Shown here in pieces: positions 51,840 through 64,000 of a DNA stretch of 64,000 bases. Each line of letters starts with the position of its first letter. The stretch's first letter is position 1. The notes below the pieces were generated by a model that ran no database searches, had not been told where the DNA came from, and saw only the letters and a program-made list of their open reading frames with translations. The position numbers were made by a program, and so were the translations under genes. The stretch is from Camelus dromedarius (taxonomy: Eukaryota): positions 21,578,001-21,642,000 of the forward strand of contig NC_087436.1 in the NCBI RefSeq assembly GCF_036321535.1. The letters are read 5' to 3'.

Positions 51840-52185
51840 CTTTAGTCCTCAGTGCCCTCACCCCTGAACTCCATGCCCTCGGTGCTTTTAACCACACTGG
51901 ACTCTGCTCTTCACCTGATATACAGGATACATTCCAGCCTGTTATGTTCATGCTGTGCTCTCTGCTTGGACTGCCCTCTTTTCTTCTCTTTCTTGTAAAT
52001 ACCAAGTCTTCCTTTCTGACCCAGCTTAGACTTCTCCTGGATCTTTTCCTTTTGTCCATGACACTTTTAATACAGTGAATTATGTCCTCCCAGATTAAAA
52101 TTTAAAAAGCCTAAGAATGTGGCTTCTCAGTGCCTAACACAGTACTGAGCATGAAATAAGTACTTGATGGATGTTAAATGATGGA
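51840..52185 (+). mobile_element. L2 3' end
   Basis: cagtgcctaacacagtactgagcatgaaataagtacttgatggatgttaaatga. Confidence 0.55.
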
Positions 52186-53039
52186 GTGAAAAGCAAAGGA
52201 ACAAATTAATGTCCAAGTTCTTATATTTGCTGTATTCTGAGGTCAGGCTGAAGCCTTCCAGAAGGGTCGGAAGAGTGAGGATCATCCTCAGAATTGGAGT
52301 GAGGAAAATATACTGCTCTGTTTCCTCACCAGCCACAAGTCCAACAAGATAGAGTCATTATTTTGCTGTCCAGAAAGTGGATGGATGGGAACGAAGTGTG
52401 CTGCTTTGATGTGAGGCTAGGGGGTCCAATCAGCAAGCTCTCAAGGCTCTGCCAGGGCATTCCCCAGGAAACACCAATAAACAGCTAAAAGAGAGAGGGC
52501 TCTGTTGTAGAGGGAAGTCCTGGACCTCCAGTGCCCTGCTGGTGGGAGAGGAGAGTGACCTGCAACCCGTCTCACCTGCATCTGGTTAGCTCTAGGTCTT
52601 CCCATTCAAACCTTTTTCTTTGAGGTGGCTCTGACTGGGATTCAAAGATGAACAATATTTAAGAACATTCATTCAGAAATTTACCACTTATTTGCCAGAA
52701 GCAGACCATGGACCATTTTGTGTCTGAGTTTCTGGGCAACATGTTTTGCCTATTAGAGTGTCATCACCTTTCCTTCAAATTTTAACCTCCCAGGACCTCC
52801 AGGCCCCCTTTACATGCTCACAGTAGAGCTTCTCCTTTCCTTCTTTCTGTGACTCTTTGAGTGATGCCACTGTAACCTGGGGAGTTGAACTGAGGTCTGG
52901 GAAGTCCCTTCTTTCAGCCATCTTTTTTTCAGGGTTTGGTCATTCATCTTTCAACACAGAATATTTCTTCACCAATGTTCTGTGGGTTCCCTGAGTAAGA
53001 CTGCAGGCTGTAAGCCTCATTGTGTGTCTTAGTCTAGAT

Positions 53040-53220
53040 CTGTGGCTCTCAAATACACCAGAATCACCTGGAAATCTTGTTAAAACACAAATTTCTGGAC
53101 CTCACCACTAGAATTTATGAATCCATATGTATTAGGTTAGGCCCAAGAATTTTCATTTCTAATAAAATCCAAGGTAATGCTGATACAGCTGGCCCTGGGA
53201 ACACACTTTGAGAACCACTG
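53040..53220. mobile_element. MER5A-like hAT-Charlie MITE
   Basis: gtggctctcaaa...agaatcacctgg...cttgttaaaacaca...cacactttgagaaccactg. Confidence 0.85.
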
Positions 53221-53274
53221 GCTTCTAACTTTGAGACCCATTTATTTCATCCTGTGGAGATGATGATGGGATGG

Positions 53275-53690
53275 GTTATTAGTTATGACACTGGCCAAGC
53301 TGCTACAACTAAAAAACCCCCAAACATACTAACTCAATCAAGAAAGATTTTTATTGCTTTCCAATGTAAGAGTGCAGTGGTGAGTGGTCCACTGCTAATA
53401 GGAAATCTGTAACTTTTTCAGGAACTTCCCACCTTGTCCTGGGCATTTCTTTTTTCTAAGGAAATGGAAAAGGGCAAAGGAACAGTACAGACAGGTAGTG
53501 ATGACTCTCAGGAGATGGCCTGGATATTACATACACCATTTCAGCTCCTATCGCATCAGCCAGTACTGTCAATAGCCACGCCTGCTTCAGGAAGGCTAGA
53601 AATGTAGCTACTTGGCCAAGCAGAAATGTTGTAGAGTTTATTACAAAGAGAAGAGAAGGAGATATACTGGTTGATGATTTGCTGTTGCTG
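53275..53690 (-). mobile_element. Old MaLR LTR fragment (MLT1J/K-like)
   Basis: tattagttatga...aagctgctacaac...ggaaggctagaaatgtagct. Confidence 0.5.
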
Positions 53691-56600
53691 CCTTGAATGA
53701 GGTTTTAAAGTTAAACAACTAGCAGGCAACACTTACAAGGACAAATGGAGGTAGGAGATGATGGCCTGGGACCCATAAATCTTATGTTTGGTGGAGTTGA
53801 TTTGGAGGCTGAATTTGGAAGTTGGTTTATGAGTTCTTTGGTTTAGGATTTTGGTGTGAATATTTGATAACCTGAGGTACATTTATTGATCAGGAAGAAA
53901 TTATGCAGTAAGTGCTATTCTTTTGTTATTGAAGTCCGTTGTGACATGCATAATTCATTTTTCTTAATATGTTCACTTGTCCAGTCATTATTTATTTTTG
54001 TGAGCTTATATTTATATTAGCCTTTTCAATTAAGATCTGCACTGATGAAACAACAAAAAGTCTAGAAGGGTTATTGGTTTTAGACAAGTGTATTTTACTT
54101 CATTCAACATGAGTGATATTTTTCAAGGTCTGAAAAGGACTTTATTATGTAATTATAAAGGTCTCAAGATCTCATATTTTGCCTTTAATAATGTAGTGGG
54201 GAAATGTGCTTATTCCTATTCATGCAAATCTAAATGCTGCTGGAGCTAATTCACAATAATTTGATAAGAATTTGAAATGGAGGCAATATTAAAAATACAG
54301 CATGCACTATGATAAAAAGTGCAATGGTCGTTTTGACATTACTATTTCTGGCTGATGCTAGGATTGGTGCCAAAAAAGACATTATTTTTGACACTTGAAA
54401 TATTATAAGAATGATGCATTATATCTACTTGACATTATTATTTCTGATGATGCTTATGTCCCTTCATTTTAACCCTGGAGGGTAAGATAAAAGGTTAGTC
54501 TTTTTCAGAAGATTAAAACATATTTTTAATCTTACTTCTTTAGGCTAAGTAGAGAAAAGATTTGAAAAATTATGTAGAAAAGTCAGCAATATTTTTAGAT
54601 CACCATGAACATGGTGCTGCCTTATTTACTTTTCAGGTGGTATCATGAGGGTATTATAACTTCTTCCATTTTGCCGAGGAATTAAGTAAGATTTAGAGAT
54701 ATTAAGGGCAGTAAGTCATTCAGCAGCAAACGTTCACTTGGTAGCAAAGTCAAGACTGAAGCAATTTCTGTCTCCAAATCCTGTATACTTTCTACTATAC
54801 CACACTGCCTCTCATTACAGTAGACAAATAATCATGATCATTCATATTTTAAAAGACTACCTATTGTCCGGCCAATCACTCAATTTATCACTTTCTTTTC
54901 TTTTTCTTCAGATTATATTCCACTATAGGTTATTTCAGGATATTTTGTATAATTCCCTGTACTGGACAGTAAATCCTTGTTGCTTATCTATTTTTTATCA
55001 TTTTATTTTCTAGGCTAGATTTCCAAAAAGAGAGCTTGGATTGCCTAAGTTCTTAGATTTAGCCACCTATAATTGTTATGAAATGTCTTCATGCTCACAA
55101 TCCATGTTAAGTGCTATTCGTTGTATCTCTCCTGATTTTGAACTTTGGGCAAAGATTAACATGCTCAAGGGTTACAGGTACAGTCAAACAGCTACTGGTG
55201 GGATATTCCTCAAGTTGTGGCATCTGTGTAGACTTAGGGGGCATTTCAACAGGGGAAGGTTAAGCCCATCAACTTTTGACAAGTTAAAAAAAATTTTTAA
55301 GTTAAATTAAACTATTAAAAACTAGACAAATTAAACATAAAATACAGAATTTCTAATCTCAGTGAGATCATATTGCTTTAACTTTCCACAGAATAAAAAC
55401 ATCTAGTTCCATCTGGTGATGGATAGTTTGAGTTACTGGTCAAATTCTTTCTTTTCTTTCTCTTTATTTACCTAGAAAACCCCACCTTGCAGAGATTTGG
55501 TGAACTGGCCAATAGTTCTGGATGTTCAGGCCAAATATCCATCTAGTGATATTACGGAGTTTTCATACCGAAGACAGCATTTAGCACTCTCCCATCAGCT
55601 ATAAAGTGAGAAACAGATTGCACACAGAAGCCAGAAGAGCTCATGAAGGTTTCATACTGAGAGGTAGAGGACAGTGGCCCTTTAAGTTCATTCTGGAGTT
55701 TCCTTTAACTCTGTTCCATTTCAGAGTTTACACATGGTAATGAAATAAGCTTTATAACTTAACTTATAAAATATACCATCAGTTTTTTGTCTGTAGGTGT
55801 GAAGAAAATCATCAGCTTTTATAATGTTAAACTCTTGGAGATAAGCCATTTGTATCACAGTTTGGTTTTCTAAAGAGGGCCTGATATCTTGTTTTTAACA
55901 ATAGCAATATTTTGATCTGTTTCAAAATACCGGATATATCCCTAAAAACGTGTCAGCTGAGGAAGTAGAGAAATGGTCTCTCTTACATAACCGAAATTTC
56001 TCATTTAAAATGTGGCCTGCTTCCTTTTTAGAGAGTACACTGCACGTGGAGAAGCATCTCTTGTCCTGGCTGACCATCTCTTTATATAGCACGCTGAAAA
56101 TAAAGTTCTCAGAGTTCCTGTGTATTGGATATTGGTTATGCTTTGTCTACTGATTTTAATCTGGTGGGACTTTTATCAGGGGCCCTTTCCTCTACTGTTC
56201 AAGGTGGAGAATTTGAACCCAATGCAGAGGGGAAGGGGAAGTTAAACAGCCGGCTCCCTGTGCTAACTCTTGCTTTTACCCGCGTGGCTCTGATACACCA
56301 CCGTTGCTGGGCTTCCTGAGTCTTAGCCTCTGGGGCTGATTTCATTCCTGTTCATCCCCAAACCTGTTTCTCTCTCTGGCCTGCCATCAATTCTGTGAGC
56401 TCCTGTTACCATTCCCACAAGTTTATTTATACTTAAGTCAGCCAGAAATTGGTCCGGTTTTCTGTAAGAAAAGAACTTTGACCTGATTATATTCAAAATT
56501 ATCACCATTTCCTGCAACAGTGAACCAACCACAAATTACTTATTTCTTGTATTGACAAAGCAAGGTGTTTGATATTTTGGTGCAGAAACTTATTTCATAA

Positions 56601-56948
56601 CACCCTTTCTTGCTGCATAGCTAGTGAGTGCTACTTAAGTACTTCATCCAATACACCACTTCTAGCTGTATCATGGCTCAAAAAAATTGGTGCTAAAATT
56701 TTTAAAAAGGCCTTTTCTCCTGTAGGATGAAATTTTAGTGATAAATATTAAAAAGGAATCATCCTTTTCCCTTCATATGTCTACCGTGCATATTACAAGA
56801 ACTGATTCGTACTGTACAGCAGTGCTGTCATCAGTAAAGTGAAGTAGCTTGTAGGATCCACGCATATTTGTAATTCTACATTTTGTGCCATTAATATTAG
56901 GTGACATACAACACGTTCACTAGATAAGACGAATTTTGCCAGTGACAC

Positions 56949-57311
56949 TGTTATGAACTACATGTTTATGTCACCCCAAGTTCATGTGCTGAAACCTTAA
57001 TGCCCAATGTAATGGTATTTGGATGTAGGGCCTTTGGGAGGTGGTTAAGCCTAGATGAGGTCATCAAGGTAGAGCCTCCATGATAGCATTAGTGTCCTCA
57101 TAAGAAGAGTAGGAGACTCTCTCTGCCATATAAAGATACAGTGAGAAGACAACCACCATTTATAAACCAGGAAGGGAGCCTTCACCAAAAATCCAACCAT
57201 GCCGGCACCCTGATTTTGAACCTCCAGGCTTCAGAACTGTGAGAGATAATGTGTGTTGTTTAAACCACAGTCTATGGTGTGCTGTTGTAGCAGTATGAAT
57301 TGATTAAGACA
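56949..57311 (+). mobile_element. MaLR solo LTR (MLT1A-like)
   Basis: tgttatg...ggtatttgga...gggcctttgggaggtg...ccaaccatgccggcaccctga...agaactgtgaga...taagaca. Confidence 0.88.
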
Positions 57312-58727
57312 GATAGGTGCTGTTTTCTTTTTAGCACAGTATTTTTCATTAACTTTAGAGACTTCTGGTCAACACTATGATTTCTGTATTTTTGCAAGAA
57401 GGTGTGCAGTAATGTATAATGCTTCTGTATTTTTGTCTCTTCTACCTTTTTAGTAATAACTATCACCAAATGTTTTTCCCAGAAACATTATTTTGTAATT
57501 ATTCTGAAAAAAAAAAAAAACACAGTTGGCTTACAAAAGAGATCATTTTGCTTTGTTTGGAAATGAAATAGAAGCCTTGACAATGTTTTATATTTGAACT
57601 GCCATGGGGACTAGAAGGAATTCGATCACAAGTCCAGTATTATGGCTTATGCAAATAACTGTAACTGAAGATATAATCTTCCTAGCCTATTTTGCATTTG
57701 CTCCACGGTCATATTCATTATATATGTTTATGATATTATTCTGTTACAATATTTAGATTAATATTTTCTTTAGTTCTATTGTGCTTCAATAAACTAAACC
57801 TAAACCATATTCTCTGCTTTTGGGACTTAGCAACTTGACATTAGACAATAGTTAAGATAAAGTGCAACAGAAACAATAAAAAACCCAATGATAACAAATG
57901 TAAGTAGTAAGCACACAAATGATGTGAAAATGTGTTAGTTGAGATGAGCTACAATCTGTTACCTGGATGTTAGCTATGGTGACCAATCAGTATAACCTTT
58001 GTAGTGTACAGGCACACTTAATGCTATAATGATTGATAAGAACTTTAGAACTTCTTGTCAACAAATAGGAATTTAAAGGAATTCTCTTGGAATTCATAGG
58101 TAATATTACATCTAATCTTTGTGAAATATATACAAATAAACATGATTTTTACTTTGGAATCACCAAATCACCTGTAGATCATTTGGTAATTCGTAGAGGC
58201 ATTTAGAAGACCACAATTAGATAGGTGTTGGATTAGAATAGAATAGTGGTTTCCATACTCTTAATTATACACTCATTCCAGTAAAATCCTGGCTATAAAT
58301 GTTTATCTATTAATGATAAATTTTATACACTTACTTCTCTTCCAAAATTTTATGTACATTTAAAACCTATGCAAAATTACAAAACAAAAAAAGATAAAAT
58401 AAAAACAAAGTAAATTATGTTTTAAAAATAGACTCATGACACAAAAATGTACTTTTTAATATTTATCCCTAGGCTTGCTATTTTACTGAGCTGTGTATTG
58501 TTAAATATACTTTATTATTTTTGAAAACCGTGGTCAACACTTTGTGATACAATGACTAAAAGCTATCTATGGTTGTGAATCTACCCCACAAAGAAACAGA
58601 AAGTCAAATTAGTTTGGCATTTCGAGGCCATTTATTCCATCAAGATGCATCATGCTTGACCTGAAAACTTGGTCAACATGATCTGCTACTGAAATCACTA
58701 TCACAAAGAAATATGTTGAGAGAAGGA

Positions 58728-58750
58728 ACACACACACACACACACACACA
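58728..58750. repeat. (CA)n microsatellite
   Basis: About 11 AC units. Confidence 0.95.
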
Positions 58751-59171
58751 AACTTTGATTTACGTCCACTGCATCAGTTTTCACAGGGTTGGATAATTAA
58801 AAGGACCTACAAAATTCTCCATAGTATATTCACTTAAGCTTAAAGAAAGCTGAAGGATATGGTACAGCAGGAGGAAAAAGCACAAATATCACAGAGGTAA
58901 AAGACTTTCTGGCCAGCTCCCAGGTTCCTTTCTCAGTCACAAAAGATAGGTTGCCTTGATCTCAAAGAAATCAGAGTTCCAAGTGAAGAGATGTCTTTTA
59001 TACTCCTCTGGCCATGTAGCTCAAATCAGGCTTTCTGAAGAGGCTTAATAACAGAAACCAAGAAAATACCCAGAAACCAGATGCAAACCATCCATCTGTA
59101 TGTTTACTTATAGACATGATAAGCTGGCACAGGTTGCCCCTGGTCTTTCTTGGACCCTAGCTCAGGACTAT

Positions 59172-59224
59172 ATTCATCACTAGTTGGTACATTTCATTCA
59201 TCACTAGTTGGTACATTTCATTCA
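59172..59224. repeat. Perfect 24-bp tandem duplication
   Basis: attcatcactagttggtacatttc x2 plus attca. Confidence 0.95.
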
Positions 59225-62200
59225 AGTTTGGCCAAGGGTCAGCACCATGACTCAAATCTTCTCTGGAGATAATAAACATAGGGTTGCAACTGATCAGCTG
59301 AGAGTAACCCTGTTCTTACACCACCTACCCCCTGACCCTCTGTCAAGCTGTCTTAATTACAAATTGGTCATCATCATTCTTCTTTCTGCCTTTTGTGATA
59401 TTTATAGAACAGAAAAAAGCAGAAAGATAAACACCAAACTACTAATCATTTGCAACATTCAATGAGGTGTAGGTATTCTTAAAAAAATAAAAACATGTTT
59501 GCTTTTCAAACACTCTAGCACAAAATTGTTCATTATCACCTATAAGCTTGACAACTTTTTTTTTGGTCTCCACTACCAAGAATATTAGAGCGTGGTGGCT
59601 GGAGAGCAGAGACAAGTCCTGGATTAGGGATGCACAGAAAATTCATATGTGTGAGTGTCCTAGCAGACGTGTGGAACATGGCGTCATGAAGTCCAGAATA
59701 GACAATAGGAGGAAAATCAAGATTTGTTTGGCACAAAGGAGATAAAGAAGCAGTTGAGGGAAGAACCAACCATGGGACCATAGTTCAGAAACAGTGCTCT
59801 TACACCTAGGACCACTGCAGAGCAAGGCAAGACCTCAGAAATATCAGGCGATTCACTAATTTGAATCCAGTTACAAGAAGGGCATGATGCTTAGAGCTAG
59901 GACACCAGAGAATCCATTAGTTCTTTCATTTATTTGTTCTTTCATTTTCACTCTTTCAATGTATATTTATAGAGCACCCATTATGTGGCAAAAATTAGAG
60001 CAGAATACACAAGGTTAAGCAAGACAGGAAAAAAAAATCCCTGGTCTCAAAATTTATATTCTGATGAATGGCTAAGGAAAGGTTACCTTGATTTTGGGCT
60101 AATAATCTAATGTAGAGATGCTTTAGTTCTTCGCAAATAGGAATGATACTATTTTTTTAAATCCACAGTCTAGAGTAGGAAGACACTGAAAGGAAAGGGC
60201 TTAGCATCCTTAGGTTTGAGTTTTGGAGGGATGTGCCAGTAGAAAGTCAAGCAGATTATTTCACCACCTATGTCTTCAGATTGGAGAGCTAAGAAATTAC
60301 ATAGTTTGTGTTGAAAATCTAAATCCATGTAGGAAATTCAGTCTCCCAGGTCTTCTTTTATTGTCATGATAGAATTATGTCTTGATGTAACTGGCTATTT
60401 CAACATTCCACTTGACTTTGTTACTGTAGATCTAGACTAAAATGAAGCATAGACTGAGAAAATGTTTAATATTTTTTTTCACTGGTGGTTGTTTTTAAAA
60501 GCAGATATTTAACAAAGGCTCTGCTCAAGCATCGCAGATCTGTTATAACAGTCAAACCTTAATGTCCTTCTGCCTCATCACTCAATATGATAAGTACAAA
60601 CTGTATTCAAGCTCTGAATCTTTAAGGATTCAAACTTAAAGATAAATATCTTCTATCAACTACAGAAATATAGCTTTCGTGTTATCTTGCTTCCTGGAGC
60701 TTTGATAAGCTGACTTATTTTTTTCACTTTCCCTTATTTTTAACACTGAAATAGTGAGCACCCAATCATGCAATTACACTTGAAAACAGTAAAATCAGAA
60801 ACTTCACTAGCCAATCAAACTCCTTGTAGCTTAATGGTGAGGGAAAGACCCTATATTTCCATTTCATTAAAACGTTGACTGCTACTTTCCTCTCTTAAAG
60901 AAATAAAATAAATTCTTACGGAATTAGCTGGCAGTTTTTAAGACTCTTATGCAAATTGGTAGCAGAGCTTAAGCAGTTATAAAAGAAGCTGATAACTATG
61001 GAAAATATGAAGAACTGGTTTGCTCTGACTTGCATACACATATGTGGCTGCATTTAAAGATTGAACATGAACCAATAGCTTTGTTGGAAAAAGAATGAGG
61101 TTTCTGAAGTATGTGCAGTGAGCAGAATGAAACCAGCATCTTTGCAAAGAAAATTTAAGTGAAAGAAAGGCAAAAGAAATATATTGGGGTCTTGGAAAAA
61201 ATAATGGAACAACACTATATCATCAAATAATAATCAGAATGTGAAGGGTAAAAATGAGAGTGAGAAGTAACGTACCCATGACAACTTGGGTGATTTCTCT
61301 TTTCTTTTGTTAGAGACAATGGATCTTACCACCATGCTCAAATCTATAATAATAGCTTTTGTCACGAGAAAGTCATCCTGGATTTGTATTTGGGTTTATG
61401 CATTTATGTGCCATTTGTCTGTCTTTTGATGAATGACCTATCTGTGTTTCAGAAATGTAGATCTTATTTTCAAAAGCTATTCATAGTATTTTGAAAAAGA
61501 ATGGTATATTTTGAGGGAAAAAAGGCAAATTAAAAAATTACAGCTTTGCTGACTCTAGAATTCTTAGCTCATTTTTCATTTGTTTCAATTATAGAATCTA
61601 ATTAAACAATAATCCCTGCACATTTCATTGTAAGAAAGATTATGTAGCAGATGCCAAGGTTAATTAGTGGACAGTTGACTCCACCAATGAATGGAGAACG
61701 TTGTAATTAGATTCATATGAAGAAAAAAGTGTGAATTTGCACTTTTTGGATGTGTGAAGCCATATCAGTAATGCATACGGCTGCAAATAAACAATGAGGA
61801 ATGGAAAGCTCTACCTCCAGTATCTTTAGCTGGTCTTGGCATGCACCAGTTGTTTTTTGTAGGTGGAAAGCATGTCTCAGTGCTAGATTGAGTCTACATT
61901 TAGGTATGGACTCTCGCTTCTAGGAGATTAGTATCCAGACAGTGAACAAGAGTCTGCAATATAAAGCACAGCATTGCCATGGAGAACAGGAACAAGTCTG
62001 GATTTGGAACCAAATGAAACTGGCTTACTCGTGTAGCCTTAGGTATACTGTACACGTTTTCTGGACCTTAATTTCTATAAAATGGAAAGTTGGAATCAAT
62101 AATCTATAAATTTTTTCCTAACTCTAAATTCTTTAGTGTGTTTTTAAATTCTACGTTTGAGATCCTTCCTGGTCAACTCTATTTACTATGAAAGTGAAGT

Positions 62201-62899
62201 CAGGTTTAACTTTTGGCCACTGGCATTTCAGAAATATGAGTTAGATGGATTTGGATAGTGATACTATTAGATTCACACCATTTAATCTTAATGAAAGAAT
62301 TGATTCTGTTTTTGCTAATATTAAAATCCTATGTCAGTTCAGTATTTCAAAACAATACAATCTATAAATACAGAATCATCTTCCTCATGCTGTGGGCCTC
62401 TTGAGAAATGAGGCATTGTGAACTACAGCAACATCTCAGGAGTGCCTCTGGAGGGAATCCCCATTTAATCCTGATTTAAATAATAGTTACACTGGGTAGC
62501 CAAAGAATCTGATTTTGAAAGTTATTGAGTATGTCCCTTTAGAAAATAAAACAAACCAAAACAGATCAAACAAACAAACAAAACCCTGCTGATCGAGACT
62601 ATATATTTGGTGGTCTAAGATATCCAAATTAAGTAATTTCAACCACTAACCAATTTCAATTAAGAAGTGATTGCTGAATAGACAAATATTTAAGAAATAT
62701 TTTTCCTGGCAAATAAGTTTCAGATACTTTTGCAAGAACATTTTAATAAATATACATTTGACTTGAACTGTCATAGACAACTGTGGGAGCATTTGTCTGA
62801 ATAGTACTATGATAAACAAAGTCATAGATATATTTCTATACTGCCTGAATCATAATTTTTTGTTATATTTGATAGAAAAATCCAAAAATAACAGTTATT

Positions 62900-63265
62900 T
62901 AAACATAATAGAAGTGAATTCCTCTTTTGGATAGAATTCTGGAGTAGACAGTCCTAAGTGTGCATGGTGCCTTCTTTTTATCAGGCTCTACCTAAGCTTC
63001 TTGTACTACCCTGTCTGACTTCCATAGTCAAGAGCCTTTCATCTCCAAGATGGCTGCTGCAGCTCCAGGCATTTCACTTGCACTCTAGACAGCAAATATG
63101 AGAAGAGAGGAGAAGTATATATGTATATATGTGTATATATGTATATTTTTTTAAGGACATTTCCTGGATATGCAAATACCACTTCCACTTACATTGTATT
63201 GTCAGAAGCTAAAAATCAGAGGTTCTAATGGAGAAGTAGAATGGCAGGATGAATATTAGGGGACA
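62900..63265 (-). mobile_element. Old MaLR LTR fragment
   Basis: ccaagatggctgctgcagctccaggcat...acttccacttacatt. Confidence 0.55.
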
Positions 63266-63329
63266 CTAGCTATTATCAATTATTTCTACCTGAATAAAAA
63301 GCAGAAACTACAAAATATGTAAGTGAGCA

Positions 63330-63402
63330 TTTTTTCTTGACTAAGGTAGCCAGTGATTTGAACAAAATTAACAAAGCACTGGCTACCTTAATCAAGAAAA
63401 AA
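63330..63402. repeat. Inverted repeat, 31-bp arms with 2 mismatches and an 11-nt spacer
   Basis: ttttttcttgactaaggtagccagtgatttg ... caaagcactggctaccttaatcaagaaaaaa. Confidence 0.95.
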
Positions 63403-63750
63403 ATTGAGAAACACAAATGCACAGAATAAAAAATGGCAAAAAAGTGAGAAAGCACAAATATACAAAATAAGAAACAAGACAGAATAATTTTTGTGTGTAA
63501 AATAAAAAATGATAGATTATCTTGCAGACCTCCTCTATGAAGATGTATTTGAAAACATAAATGGCTAATTTTCTATGAAATTAACTTTACCAATTATGCT
63601 TCCATTCAGATAGAAAGTTTAAGCAGACCAATTACTAAAGTTGTAGAGGAATTACCCCACTAGAAAACATTGAGCTTGGATGGTTTTACAGGGAAATTCT
63701 GACAAAACTTTAAAGACCAGATAGTCCTAATGCTATAAAAATGGTTTCGA
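63357..63750 (+). mobile_element. Old L1 ORF2 fragment, sense
   Basis: aacaaaattaacaaa...atcaagaaaaaaa...gatggttttacagggaaattc...caaaactttaaaga match the L1 ORF2 region between EN and RT. Confidence 0.7.
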
Positions 63751-64000
63751 TTTTTTATGACTTCAATTATACCTCAATGAAGCTAAAAAAAAGCCCAATC
63801 AAATGTGATGTGAAAACTTAATTGAATCTTGATTCAAAAAAATTATAAAAGGTATTTTGAGAACAAGTGAATAAATTTGAATATGAACTAGATATTAGAT
63901 AATTATTGAATTATGATCATGTCTTTATTTTCAGAGTGTGCATGTGGAATTATTTAGGGATGAAGGAACATAACATCTGCAACACCAAAAACAACAATTA

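Noticed and set aside
55476..55605. 130-nt plus-strand exon candidate with a strong acceptor
   Set aside because: Stops in all three frames, moderate donor, no recognisable peptide; not supportable as CDS.
1..64000. CRISPR arrays, operons, rRNA or other prokaryotic systems
   Set aside because: The sequence is mammalian; no repeat-spacer arrays, long ORFs or rRNA motifs were seen.

Overview
Mammalian genomic DNA, almost certainly camelid (alpaca/llama/camel): it has two tRNA-derived Vic-1-type SINEs and camelid-type L1 3' ends, and no ruminant Bov-A/BovB or pig PRE-1 elements were seen. No protein-coding gene can be recognised. The only ORFs with real homology are L1 ORF2 fragments and a frameshifted ERVL-type gag fossil. 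A large part of the window is interspersed repeat (L1, L2, MIR, MaLR/ERVL/ERV1 LTRs, MER58, MER5, Tigger). Most L1 sequence lies on the minus strand and the plus strand looks T-rich, which suggests a large intron of a plus-strand gene that I cannot name. The most notable non-repeat signals are: a CpG-retaining promoter-like module at ~43.2-43.9 kb with minus-strand geometry, possibly driving an antisense spliced RNA; a GATA/TATA-headed CpG-retaining segment with a 56-aa ORF at 36.4-36.7 kb; a candidate micro-exon with stops in all three frames at 21.07 kb; and a near-perfect 31-bp-arm hairpin at 63.3 kb. Several retrotransposition events are mechanistically legible (twin-priming inversion, short 3' transduction, SINE/L1 composite). 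Repeat family names are from recall of consensus sequences, old-repeat boundaries are approximate, and all exon and promoter calls are motif-level hypotheses. I found no evidence for a novel multi-gene system.
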